In this document: positions 1-12,400 of the stretch, piece after piece | Position numbering within the stretch: position 1 is the first letter of the stretch | Layout: every line of letters begins with the position of its first letter | From: Atractiella rhizophila | Lineage: Eukaryota | Direction of reading: 5' to 3' | NCBI GenBank assembly: GCA_021432655.1 | Contig: MU271393.1 | Location: forward strand, 1 to 64,000 | Length of the DNA: 64,000 nt | Made by a program: the position numbers and the translations under genes | The notes under the pieces: generated by a model | What the model saw: only the letters and a program-made list of their open reading frames with translations | What the model was told of the DNA's origin: nothing | Databases searched by the model: none

Positions 1-400
1 AATCACTCCCCATCCATTCGCTGGACGCACAACACGTAAGAGTGGACGGAAAGGACATACCGCTAGATTGGCGTGCTGTGGGCACTCCTTGTGCCGAAAA
101 ATCGTCCCAATACCCTATCTCTCCCACTGCACTCGTGATCTTCAAACTACCGCTCTTGACCAATCCCTCCCTTTCTGCAGTGACGTTGGAATGAGAGACG
201 GAGGTATTTATTTGAGGCAGTATAGGATGGGAGAGCGAGCGAAGCCAGGAGTCGACGTACTCGCCTGGATGGCCGTTGGGGCTTGGACTTGGGTATGTTG
301 GGTGCTGGAGAGGCTGCTGGAGGGAATGCTCGGAATGCTGAGGATTATGCTGGTAAGAAGGGACGGGCTTGCGAGTGGAGAGTATATTGGGACTAGACAT
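1..400 (-). CDS. Possible 5' part of a hypothetical protein running off the window start
   Basis: ATG at 400 opens a stop-free frame (MSSPNILSTRKPVPSYQHNPQHSEH...EIGYWDDFSAQGVPTARQS) that reaches a GTATGT donor-like site near 60. No family recognised. Confidence 0.4.
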   Translation of the reverse strand, partial: MSSPNILSTRKPVPSYQHNPQHSEHSLQQPLQHPTYPSPSPNGHPGEYVDSWLRSLSHPILPQINTSVSHSNVTAEREGLVKSGSLKITSAVGEIGYWDDFSAQGVPTARQSSGMSFPSTLTCCASSEWMGSD

Positions 401-2167
401 CAAACATCTCTCCAGGCAGCTGAATGATGAGTCTCTTCGCTGAATTTAATCCTTTGTGGGCAAGATGAACAATGCTGCGCACTCAAGAACGCTAACCTTG
501 TCTTTCTTCCACCAGCCTTCCCAAGCAACGACAAAGAACTCAGGTCAATGCGCTGGCAAAGTCTTAGTAGTGAGGCTGTCGAAGCGGATGGTGGGCTAGT
601 ACTGTTGCGAAGACGGTGCGCTTCGATTTGTCTCTAACCCCTGTTCGGTAGTCTACAGCGAGATGAGAATGTTGGTGGTTGAGAGCGGGTCTGCAGTTTT
701 ACATCCAACCGTATCGGGCTCTGGAACGAAAGGGAGAAAGTGCGCGAACAGAAATTACGTTTCTCCAGTTCCAGTTGTTACTAGAACTGCATCGCCCAGC
801 CTCAACGACCTCTGGTCTGAATCACTGCAGATGTCGCTGTCTGCTGCTGCAAATCGTTACAAAGAAGACAAGTCAGCGGCCTGGAGTTGTGTATAGGCTA
901 GGCTGGCTTATTCCACAACCTTTGACTCCTCAATCTACCTTTGCAAGCGATCTTGCGTGTTAGTAAAAGGTGAAATAATAACCATCATCAATATATATCT
1001 CGTATAAAGCGATATCCACTCATCTCCCCGGCGGGGCATTCGCCTTCTTTCTACTTTTCACACGTGGTTCAGCCTTTCCCATTACAGTAATCGCACTACT
1101 ATGCTTGAATTGTAGCCTGGTGTTCAAACAATAAATCTCGCACCCCTCAGAGAAATACGAAACGTCTAGTCTGGGATGAACAATGCAAAAAGGCTGACAC
1201 TTCGCTCTCCCTACTCCAGGAAGAGCAGCTGAGGGACATAACCCCTTCTCTGCTTTCGTTTTGTGCTAACTGCTGTGCTGACCAACATGCACTCACACGG
1301 CATAACATCCTTCCTTACGGCACTCCGTCACTGTTGGGATTTGCACTTTTCTCTTCCTTTTTTGACTTTGAGATACAACGTCTGAGTAAAGAAGGAAAAT
1401 AACCGGGTGCTCTGCATTTTCTAAATTTCACAGACAATCGTAGCGGGTACGATAATAATAGGACTGTGTCGTCCGTTCAACAGAAAAATTCAGAAATGAG
1501 AGAGAACATGGATTTTGATTGTTTTGTCTCCCTTTCGGGCGAGAATGATAGAATGGTCAAAGCAATATCTCCAGCTTTCATGCTGGACTGAGATGAAGCC
1601 GGTCCTTGTGGTTCGTCGAATTAATCTTATTTGTTAGTTGCCCAAGCGAAGATCTACCTCTATGCATTTTTCGGAGGCTAGCCGTCCGCAAAAGGCCCAC
1701 CCGTTATTCCTCATATGTGACATGAAACTCACCTATCAAACCAGGTTTGTCAAGCTATCGATGATCCGAGTTGTAGTCTGCGAGCAAATCGAGAGTCATG
1801 GCTGAACAAAGACACGTTCGCTTAGCTCCTTCCCTGGATCAATGCTAACGTATACTGCGTATTCACATCCACCCTCAGAGCCACATGTGCTTCTTTATGT
1901 TACGCACGAGCTTTTCGCTGTTACTTTATTCTTCATGCACAGGTCACCCTTGCGGTCACTTCTCCGACCGTAACGCAAACAACACAAACTTTCTTTGTTC
2001 TACCACCACCGTGGAAACCTATAAAAGGCTTCGATTACTTCGCATTCCCCTCCAAGACTGGTTCTTGATCGCTTTTGATACCCAAACACCAAATTTACCT
2101 GTTTTTGACGACTTCATACCATATTTTTGAGGTTATCCCTTGTTCGACTTCGACTTCCATCGTTATC

Positions 2168-4230
2168 ATGAATTATGAATTTTTTAGACACATTCTTCGC
2201 CATTTTGACAACAATCCTCACATTTCACTCTCATTTGGTACCCTCGACACTATCAACTATCCTGTAAAGGAGATTGTCGCGCGCATACAAGAATTAACTG
2301 CATCTCAAGGGTGGACAGAGGACTCAGTGAAGATAGGTGTCAAAGTGATGGACTGGGTCACTAAACCCGGTAAGTTTATTGCCCAGCTCGGTAAACCGTA
2401 GTAAAGGGATTATTTGTAGAACGAACGGTGAACGGAACATACCAACTGCGACAATTCGTAGATTTGACGATCGTGGGGTATGAAGATGGGGACCTCCCAG
2501 GCCCAATCAAGGAAGGCGAAATCGACGAATTCCTCACCATGTTCTACGCCCCTTGGTCTCGCAACAACATCGACGATGTTCCCGTTTGGCCATCCAGTCT
2601 CACCCTCGAAAATCTATCTCTCCGCCCTCAGGCGCAGATTGAATCTTTTCTCAACTTTCATTACTTCCTCAACCCAAGTGTTGTTTCATTAAATGCCATC
2701 CACGATCCCTCTGCAGTATCTTCCCGCCCAATAAACATCGACAACATCTCACAAATTCTCACCCTTCACGAACTCAGCATCGACGGTCCAGTAGCGACTG
2801 ATGTTCTCGTGCAAAATTTAGCCAGGCAGCCCCTTCAAGGAACCGCATCGTTAGCAGTCCGAGACTGTGACAGTGTTTTTTGGGGTTTGAAAGAATTTTT
2901 CCGTCACGAGTTCGAGCAGGCTCCTTTCTCGAAGCTCAATATCATCTCGTCCAAATTTTCGCACGCAAAATCGCATCTCTTTGACAACATCTCCAAACCC
3001 GCCAACGATATGTTGATAAATACCAACGCCGTGCTGAACGACCGCAGTCTCCGCATCGTCTTTCTTCAACGCCCATCTGCTTTTTCAGCCAGCTTTCTTA
3101 AACGGTCGTTCGACAAACAAAGGAAAGATTGGGCACAGCAGCAACTCGCAACGAGACATTGGGGCTGGTTAATGAAACTGGGATATTTTAACTTAATTTC
3201 GGAAATTTTAGGAGAAGACGCCTGCAAAGTGGCCCAGCCATCTTGGGGTGACCAAACTGTCGCTGTCGACTTCGATGATTTTGCCTTTCCACCAGTACAG
3301 CCAAAAATAATGCAGCAACGTCCAAAGCCTACAGCATCAACACGGACCCCGATGTCGGCTGTGCCCAGAAAAGAAATACCCACCGAACAACAAACAGAAC
3401 TTCCGGATCGAACGAATAAACGAAAAAAATTCGTCAATGTGTTGTCTTCCTACTCCGATCAAATATCCAAACGCCTTAGGAAATCTGAGGAACCCGTCCT
3501 GCCAGTAGTGCGACCTAACAAGCGGAAGATTTCATCGGACGACAGTGCTGAAGAAGGACAAGCTGTGAAACGTTCCCGTCGCAGGGAAGCAGTTTCGCCA
3601 GCAGATTCAAACACTGACTCTCCGCCCCCCACTGATCACTTCACTGGAGAACAAGCTCTGGACAACCTCTACAAGCCAATCACGGCTTTGTACAAACTCA
3701 AGAAACCTCCTCATCTCTCCATCGTGGTTCCCTCTCCTCTTAAAAATCTTGACTGGACAGAATCAGTTTTCGCAACACCGATCGCCTGGAACGAGCGTGC
3801 AAATTACATCCTACCCATTCCCCGCCGAGAAATCGATTGGCAGGTCCTGCAAGCCCATCTCGCAATTTCTCCACGTAGCATTCCTCCCTGCTATTGGAAG
3901 CTGGACGAACAACATCAGCATTTCCCCTTCCTCAATAGGACCGCAAGGCTTGCGGAGTTCTACTGTAGGGCGAAAGGCATGATTGAGAAACACTGTGAGG
4001 CCAGAAAGTTGCCTTTGCCCACTGATTACCGATGGACAATGGCAATTTATAACCTGGTTTCAGCAATGGAACAAGCATGGAGACGTCTCCCTGTAAGCAG
4101 GTTGACTATGACCTATTGGAGTAGGAGGAGTAGTGAGTCAAAAGGGGACAAAGGCGGGCTGACAATGTGGTACTGGATCAGGAGGAGGAGCGAACCGAAG
4201 CAAGGCAAGTTTGGAGGGCAGCTCGCATAG
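2168..4230 (+). CDS. Hypothetical protein (about 670 aa, one probable intron about 2370-2419)
   Basis: TATAAAA at 2020, ATG at 2168 and a GTAAGT...TGTAG intron that joins the first exon to the 600-codon ORF 2428-4230. The C-terminal half has basic, NLS-like segments (KRKK, RPNKRK, KRSRRR). Confidence 0.65.
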
Positions 4231-4562
4231 TAATCGACTATATGCTTCCTTATCTGTTCATTTGACACCTCTTAACATCGTTTCAAAGACATTTGTGGAC
4301 ATTCGTGGACACTTTTGCAATTTGTTGTTGTGTGGAACCTTGCTTATCGTTGGCATTCCTCCTATAGTTCCGTCCAAGTAAACTTGCAATGACTGTCGTT
4401 ACTCAATCCGCTTGTTCCAAGTACTCCTACCACTTTGGGAGTTTCACAAGAGCGAAAGAAATAATAAACAGATATCTCATATGAACATTCGTTGCAAGTT
4501 AAATCATGTGTACTGACACCATTTTAGCTTCTGGCGCGGCGAAGGACATCAATTTAACGAGC

Positions 4563-6203
4563 TCAGGCAGTTGGAGAAGCCTCTGCAGTTTCTTGAAATT
4601 CGCTCCAAGCGCTTGAAGCAGAAAGTAGGAGGTCTTCAGGAATTCCAGACGCATAATTAGTCGACGCAATTGTCTGATCCGCTGAAGTGTCAACACCGAC
4701 GGTCAGGTATCCGTAGAATCCAGCTTCAATGGAGTTCGGGTCGATTTGTTCCAAGGAGACAAATCCGGAATATCCATCACTCTGTATGTGATATGAGAAG
4801 TGCTGAACGAGACTGCAAGAGACATACGTTTTGCTGCGAAAGAATACCATCTTCGTCGTTGCGCGTCCTGCTTTGCTGACTGGTGTTGTACGGGGACAGT
4901 GCGAAAACTTGATCATTAACAGCGTCGTCGAAGAACAATTGACCAATGTGGAGAAGCGTGCCTGAATCAAAGAGTAAACAAGAATTCCAGGAAAGGGGAT
5001 TCCTAAGACGCACCAGCGTGGGAAGAAATAGTGCCATTAGAGTTGACAGTGTAGTTGGTGTGAACCATCAAATGAATGTGCGCGGTCCTCCCAGTGTAGT
5101 AGCCTGCAAACATTCCTCGTAAATATGGGAAGTAGAAGTAGATACGAAGACAAACCAGGGTAGACGGAAGTCATCTCAACCACTCCGCCACCACCAGTTA
5201 CCCAAGCCCCACGCAAGAACGTTTCCTGGTCAGTCATATCTTGAGATCCACCTGGTCCTCCGGGAGGTGGTCCAGTGCCGTTCCCTGGGGCAGTTCCATT
5301 TCCAGGAATATCTCCAGGAGCACCATCGTCGCCTCCGGGCGTAGTGGAGGTGAGTCCAGTAAATCCTGAGAAAAGGGTGAGTGCGTAGAAAATATGAAGA
5401 GTAGAACCCTACCTGCATAGTATCCAGTCTGTTTGTTTGAGACTCTGTAAGTAAGGTTCTGTATGTTAAAATCTGTAACCTTACTGTATTACAGTGCCAC
5501 AGTTCCACAAGAGCATCACTCAAAGGAGAGCAAGTTGTCGTATCCCTTTAGGCAAATGTCAGAGATTGGCAGAACAATGGAGAAAAACGAACATTATTCC
5601 AAGGTCCAAAATTAGAGGTAAACCTGGTTGTTCGTCCCGAATGTCTTGACGAATGAGCTCGTTGTTCACCTATCTTTCAATTTAACAAGTTGATTAAACA
5701 GAAAATCAATACCCACGTAATATGGACCTGAAGCATGGTAATTGAACATGGAGCCACACACATGATTTGGCTACGTACCTTCTGTGACCTCAGGGGCGGT
5801 GACACAAGTGGCTGAATGTGACCTCAGTATTTTGGGCAAAAGGAGCTAATGAAAAGACTTACTATTTTGGATCGTAGTATAATGAGGAGTAACTGCCGAA
5901 GCGGTAGCAGTAGCGACGTCCTGCCTCTTTTTCAACTGCAGCGACCGTTTCGCCTTCCTCGCAGACTCGAACCTAGCAATGTGCGGAGCGCATCTCTTCG
6001 CCTTGTTGTGCCTAAGGTCTCTCGCCGCATAACGTTTCGCAAGTTCGTAAGGCGTTAACACTTCGTGCTCCTCTCCAGGATGAGCTGTGAACCTCAAAAT
6101 AAGTTCACAAGACCAATGAAAGAAGGAGAAAGGGCGAACCATTAGCGTTGAGGGTCAACAAGGCGACTTGGCCTAAAACGGAGAGAAGAGTGACGGCCTT
6201 CAT
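4563..6203 (-). CDS. Secreted intradiol ring-cleavage (aromatic compound) dioxygenase family protein, multi-exon
   Basis: Signal peptide MKAVTLLSVLG..., then HPGEEHE and CVTAPEVTEGPYY. Catalytic-domain motifs are LVELWHCN-TGYYAGF, ETFLRGAW, YPGYYTGRTAHIH (Tyr/Tyr/His/His iron-ligand pattern) and HIGQLFFD. Confidence 0.88.
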
Positions 6204-7056
6204 TTTTGGATTTTATTTCTGGCTTAAAGGATTCCAAACTCAATATACCTGTAGCCTGAGGAAGGACCATTGAGAGGAGGAACATCGAGCTCTTATATCT
6301 TTCTCCCAACCCGCTACGCCGGTCTGACCAAGGGACATTCTGCCGTTAGATACCGCACTAGATCGCTGATTGAACTGGGATTCTGACACCAGTGATCCCT
6401 ACATCTCGACCAATCATCAGAGGGGAATTTCAGCAAGCATGAAGATTCATGCACCTCGCAGTCTAGATTACTGCGCGATGGACTGCGAATATTCAGTAGG
6501 AGCATAGTAGAAACTAACGCCAAGAACACAACTTCATTTCCTGGGAGAAATGAGTTAATTTATTGTGAAAGACAAACGCGGAGCTTTCATGCTCCTCTCT
6601 CCTTCAAAGGAGCATAACCATCCTCTGAGACATGCGCAACTGTCTGTAGAGTAAGCGGAAAGAGGACCGAAAGACGATTGAACTCGGATCGAAGGTGTGA
6701 AGATCTGACGACACTCGCCATTCGCAGTCGTATTTCGCAGTCTAGGAAAGCCTTGTCATCACTCAAACCTCACAACTATTCCAAGCCATTCCCCTGCGCA
6801 CACGTCAAGATCAGAGAAAGGAGCGGGTAGCCGAAGTCCTCCTTCTGACTGGCTCATGGAGGGATGCAAAGGTGATTCTTGGCCTTCTCCCGTAGTCAAA
6901 TGAGAAGCCGGGTAAGGATGTAATTGGGAGTTCATCGACTCATTGTATATACAAGAGAAAAACCCTGTCCTTCAAACCATAATCAATCTAAGAATTCTAT
7001 ATGGAACGAAATAAGAGGAGGGAACTGTACGGTAGATTATGACATGTTTCAAATGT

Positions 7057-7700
7057 TCACAGCGAACCCCCCTTTGTCGCCTCGTGAGGAAGCATAGGCG
7101 GCAACTTTTCCGGAACCCCAGTCATCGGTTTCTGAGCAGCGACCTCCAGATCTGCCTTTCGGATCGCGTTCCTCTTTCCCAAAATCATCACTGTGCGTTC
7201 TCGCTCCATCGTGCTCATTTCTTTCCAGTTGGAGATGCGGGAGAGCGTCTATCGCGGCACCACGACATTCCACAACCGCAACCCAGCGATACACGAATTA
7301 GCTTAACGTGAGTTTAAGAAAGAAAGGAAGAAGTGGAAGAGGTACCCCGTCCAGGTTTATGACTGTCGGCCCTATCCAATCAACGTCAGATAACGTCAGC
7401 TCCAAAGCTCTTATGTGGAGTGGATTTCGCAAGTAGCAAAAACTAACCAAGTTCATCGTACAATGACACTCTCGAAGACCCCGCAGAGAGATCAAGTGTG
7501 ATCCTTCCCTCGTTCGCCTGTCCCACGCCAGCCTCGTCGGAACTCGCAGTCGGAGAAGGTGACGAGGGAACGACTGGGGATGGGGCAGGGAGAAGTCCTG
7601 CAAGGGGGGATTTTTGAGCTGTGGAGTTGCTGGCGTCCGTGGAAGACATTCTGAAGGGCGAAGATGTTGTTGGACTGGTTACTGTGTCTTGTGAGCTCAT
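7057..7700 (-). CDS. Small conserved uncharacterised fungal protein (3 exons)
   Basis: The spliced product contains DELG-PTVINLDG-TLSRISNWKEMSTMERERTVMILGKRN. I recognise this as the motif of a widespread uncharacterised fungal family. Splice sites are canonical and the stop is TGA at 7057-7059. Confidence 0.7.
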
Positions 7701-7939
7701 ATAATTATTGCTGTAGCCTCTGCCTGGTTATGAATCACGTCACATGCATGGAATTCTGACGGAATCGGGATCAAACTCGGAGACGAGAATGGAGACTGCC
7801 TCTCAGTGACACAAGGAGAAGCGACTTTACAGCGTTTTCGTTTCTATATATGAGGGTGGAGCAAGCATCACCCGCTGACGGAGGGACCCATGCATAAATC
7901 TGAAAAAATTCAATCCCAATAAAAAAACAAACAAAATTT

Positions 7940-8995
7940 CTAAGAATTGAACATTCGACTATGCACAACGTCATGTCTGCCACTCAAGATCTCGATCAAA
8001 GGATTAGTCGTCGCAGAATTCTTCAATCCGTTCAGCATCACTTCCGCTTTCGTTGCCGCAGCCTCGCTCCTCTGACTTGACGATGATGCAAGGGAGGAGA
8101 GCTTTTCGGTCGACGATAGAGCGCGGGTTATGACATCGTCTCCTCGTGTTACCAGGATGCGTTGGGAAGCGTAGGGACCGATGAGGTTGAGGCGGACGGC
8201 GGCGGATAGGATGCTATTCATTCGAACGAATGTTTGATAAGATGTTCTAGAAGAGAAAGGGTAGAGAAAAGGGAAGGGAGGACCAACGAGCGGGAGTAGA
8301 GGAAGAGGTGGAGGTATTGCGTCCTTTCTATAGTTCACGCAGCAAAAACGCTCAATCTTACTTCCAACGGGAGGATAGTTCTTACTGGACGAGATGCCTA
8401 ATGCTGCACAAAGTATCCCAAAAGCGATGGGTTGATGAGCATGACATTCACCCCTCCTCGCCGCGTTCTTGAACTCTTTCAAAGCCTGCACCTTCTCACT
8501 ATCCATCTTCATCTCCGGCACCACGAAGCATTTCTCAAACAACACCAGATGAGCCAAACCCTGAGCACGCGTCCGACGCGTCACGTCGTTCATCAAAATA
8601 GTATCATATCGCCTGTCCAACTCCAATATCCTCTCTAACACTGAGGCCCGCTTCGAGTTCATACCCTCCAAAGTCCTATGAGCTTCGATCAAGAACCACA
8701 GACCCTGATTTGCATACGCCACCACCGCGTTCTCCCAAAACAACACCGTGCGTTCTTCCAATGTCTTCCCGGAACCAGCACTGCCAGCTGCCGAGGAGGA
8801 GGAAGGGGAGAGCATGCCGTGGTGTGTGAAGGACTCCAGGCCGGAAGAGGAGATGAAGCCCCCGGTCGGGAGGTTAGAGTCCGAGAGGAGGAGCAGGAGC
8901 AGGTCCGAGTTCTTCTCCCCCATGGTAACCTCCGACTCCGTCGTGGATCTGGTATCATTTGAGTGTAGAGGAGAAGGGGGAGGATGCCGCTCCAT
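7940..8995 (-). CDS. ureF: Urease accessory protein UreF (two introns about 8220-8385)
   Basis: Motifs LLLSDSNLPTGGFISSSGLES, AQG, HxHQPIAFG, LSAAVRLNLIGPYASQ and the diagnostic C-terminus GRHDVVHSRMFNS. Confidence 0.92.
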   Translation of the reverse strand: MERHPPPSPLHSNDTRSTTESEVTMGEKNSDLLLLLLSDSNLPTGGFISSSGLESFTHHGMLSPSSSSAAGSAGSGKTLEERTVLFWENAVVAYANQGLWFLIEAHRTLEGMNSKRASVLERILELDRRYDTILMNDVTRRTRAQGLAHLVLFEKCFVVPEMKMDSEKVQALKEFKNAARRGECHAHQPIAFGILCAALGISSSKNYPPVGSKIERFCCVNYRKDAIPPPLPLLPLVGPPFPFLYPFSSRTSYQTFVRMNSILSAAVRLNLIGPYASQRILVTRGDDVITRALSSTEKLSSLASSSSQRSEAAATKAEVMLNGLKNSATTNPLIEILSGRHDVVHSRMFNS

Positions 8996-9417
8996 TTACG
9001 CGGAATCCATCGGCACCCAAACCCGGAGAAATACGTCTGTCGCGTCGCTGTCGTTGCTCCTCAACGCAGGAAGGGATATGCTGTAATACCCTTAAAAGCT
9101 AGGAAGCTTGGAGCCTCTAAAACGTCATCGAAACGAGCAGGCGCTTCTGTGATCTTTCTCGCTCCAGAGGTGCTTTTTGTATTGGCAAGCAAAGCTAGTC
9201 CAGCCTGAGCGGGCGATTTATCTGTCTTTTGCAAGTGAGTGATCTTTATCGTTCGCTTGTTGGACTAGTAGAGTCCTATTCAAGGTTTCATGTTTCGTTA
9301 TTGTAGTCCTGCTGCTTCAGGCTCGAATGCTTGGAATAAGCTCCCAAAGCCTAGTCTACCTTACAGCAAAGAGAGCGTTGCTTCTGCATTAACAGCCTTT
9401 CTTACTGATACCATGAC

Positions 9418-12400
9418 ATGAGCACTTCAACTCGAATTTCTGTAATCGTTCAACCTATTAGTGTTTATGCAATGACTAGCATCCCTATTTGGACGTTAGT
9501 CGTTGTGTTGATCAAAGTTGCACATCTCATTCTATCTTAGTAGAAGAGAACAGGAATGATCTTGAGTACCTCCGTTAATTATATAACAACATTCTGTCAA
9601 CGTTGCATCCATGTCCAATGCTTCGAGGATCCTGAATGTTTCCGTCATAAAAGGATCCACTGTTCCGCACGATTCTGTAGAAGTATCCTTCTCTCTGCCA
9701 CAGAGCGCTGAACGATTGTCACTGGTAGATACCTATGGCATTCCCCGGAGTTCCCAAACAAACTCATCACCCCTTCTCACCACTTCACTTCTCCTGTGGT
9801 TCTCTCACCTACGATCCCGTTCCTCCACCTTTAACGATACCCCATCAAGGAAGTCGAACCGCTCGAAAACCTGCTGAACCAAAGTCGGACTACCTTTTCC
9901 TGGTCGGCTTCCAAGGAGACACGCAGGCTGATGACAGCCTCTCGATCGAGCAGCTGAAAGAAGCGGTGAAGGAGGCAGATAAGAGGAGGCGGACCGCGAT
10001 TTCGTTGTTGAGAGATGCAGAGAAGGTGGATCGTACGCGCTTCCATCCATAATAGTCAGTCGTTCTTACAGAAGCTGTGCAAGCTTGGTCGGATTTCCCA
10101 ACCACTTACCTCGATATTCGCCACGAAGAGCCGAGCCCTTCTTCCCCCACTTTTACCGAAGAGACGCCTCAGGTCATTTTCGACATTGTCCTGTTTTTTA
10201 GGATTTACGCACCGATTCCCTGCGACCGCTTGAGCTCAAATTCTACAACCGTGACCTTTTCTCTATCGCCCCAGTATCCACGAAACATTACGCCATACAA
10301 ATAACCCGAGGAAGGAACTCATCGCAGGGAATTCACTTGACCATCCTGCTCAATCGTCCGCCTGAAGCCTACGTTACTGTCAATGGAGTGAGGAGGAGAG
10401 CAACGGAGAGAGATTGGGATAAGGAGGGTGGATACGAGTTGGACGACAGTATAGGAGGGAAGGTGAAGAGAAAGGAAGGAAGGAAAGTGAGCTCCTGGGG
10501 GGAGCGGACTGAACTCAGGGTATGTGTTGAGGACATTGATTGGGGTCCATTTTGACACTGATCCATTCAGCTGTCACGATGGTTTTGCTTTCGATTCAAG
10601 CTGCCCGCGAAATCCCTTCAATACCTCCAAGAAGTGTTAATGGCGGTTCCTCTCCTCAAACCTTTCGTCTCTCCTGAATCCATGGTACCATTCGAATCTC
10701 TCCTTCAAAGTAAGTCAGAAAGCATGGTTCGATACGCATCTACCAGAAAGCGACGTGAAGAGTTCACAGTTCAGGATCTACCCGTCTTTGGCCCTGATCA
10801 GAACACGCTAGACCAACTTTTGCGCCTGGACTGGATAACGCGGTATCACATAGAAAGGTCGGTATTACTTCTGGACCTGTTTTTTCTCATCTCACCGGCA
10901 TAATGGATCCAGCTTGCTTTGCAAAGGCGTTATAATCGACCAACAGCTCTCGGAACTTTTGGACCTCCTCCCGAAGCATACTGTGGTACAAGACGAAAAA
11001 GAAGAAGAAGTCATTCATTCGGAAAGTGCTTTGAAAATCCTAAGGAGTTTTCAACGATACGATCGTATCTTTGATCTCAAAAAGGAATTCGAACTCATCG
11101 GTCCGCATCTTCCCACTCAACCTCTATTCCCAAAGGCGCCGAACGTCGTATAGTACGTATCTATCTTTGAATCTTCCAGTAGAGTAATGGATGCATTTCA
11201 CTTGGCTCAGCATCCCGAAACTCGTCATAACGCCAATGCGTGTCCTTCTCCACCTTCCTGAGTGTGTCCACACATTGGACACATCGTATGCTGAACTAGT
11301 TGTAGGCCACAATCATCCAATTTTGTGCTTCGTCACTATGCGGCTCAAGCAGCAGACTTCCGCTTCATGCGCGTTCAATTCTGGGATGAGGGTGGGAGAT
11401 TAGGTACGGATACCAGCATTTCTGATGATCTAGATGCAAATGAGGGGGTTCTTGCTCGTTGTAAGCTCTCTGAAGCAGATGATCATTGAGCCAAGGAGAT
11501 TCCTAGTCTCGAGAGCATCGACTTCCGGAATGTTTATTGCTGAGAGAACGTATTACTACTTAGACTCCTCAGCCTCCCAGATGCGGTAGGCTCTAACCAT
11601 TTTTCTAACCTGTTACCGCGTAGGTTGACAGAGGGCGGTAGCACAAACGCCTTCTGGGCCATTTGCGAATATGGAGAGTCAACTCAGTCTCAACCTGAAC
11701 CATCCGAGGAGACCAACTCACTGCGTACCTTCTCACGTCGAGAATTCACTGCTGGTAAGCTGCTAAAATCGGGGTCCTTTACACGGAAAGAGGTCAGGAA
11801 TTGTCTGGGGAATTTCGATGATGAACGGGTCATTGCCAAGTAAGTCACGAAATCTGCGGGAAGGAAGATAGGGCACTAATCGGAATGTATGATATAGGCT
11901 TGCTGCTAGACGTGGACAGCTCTTCTCAACAACTGTGGGGCTTCTTACTTTTGTGGGCCGATGAAAATGACACTTCATAGTCGCCAGCTGGTCGAGTGGG
12001 AAGGATCGTTGACATACCTGACTACACCGTTCTCGCCACTGTGGCACAAGGGACGGTTAAAAAGTATACGTATTCTGATGGTGTTGGGCGAGTCTTGACT
12101 TTGTGGCCTTCCCTTCACTGACCGATGTAATAGCGTCACTTCTGAAGTCAGTCAAACGGCTTCATTATGGGAACCAATTTGAGACATCGTAGGCAATTAT
12201 GCGTCGGTGCGTGGAAGCGTTGGGTCTCCCGCCAGATGCAGTCACCCAGACCTGTGCAGCTCAAATTCGTACCATATTCGTGCTCAATTCCCTAGCCGCC
12301 TTTCTGATTTATTGGTTGTAGGGTTGGGAGGAGGCAAAGGAATCATTACGGCATGGAAAGAACCGACTCCTGATATGGCCAAGCTATATCCAACCTGGCC

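Noticed and set aside
8220..8385. UreF as a single 351-aa intronless ORF with a Pro-rich insert
   Set aside because: Two GT-AG introns and a middle exon in another frame (RTQYLHLFLYSR) restore the expected protein. The read-through is coincidental.
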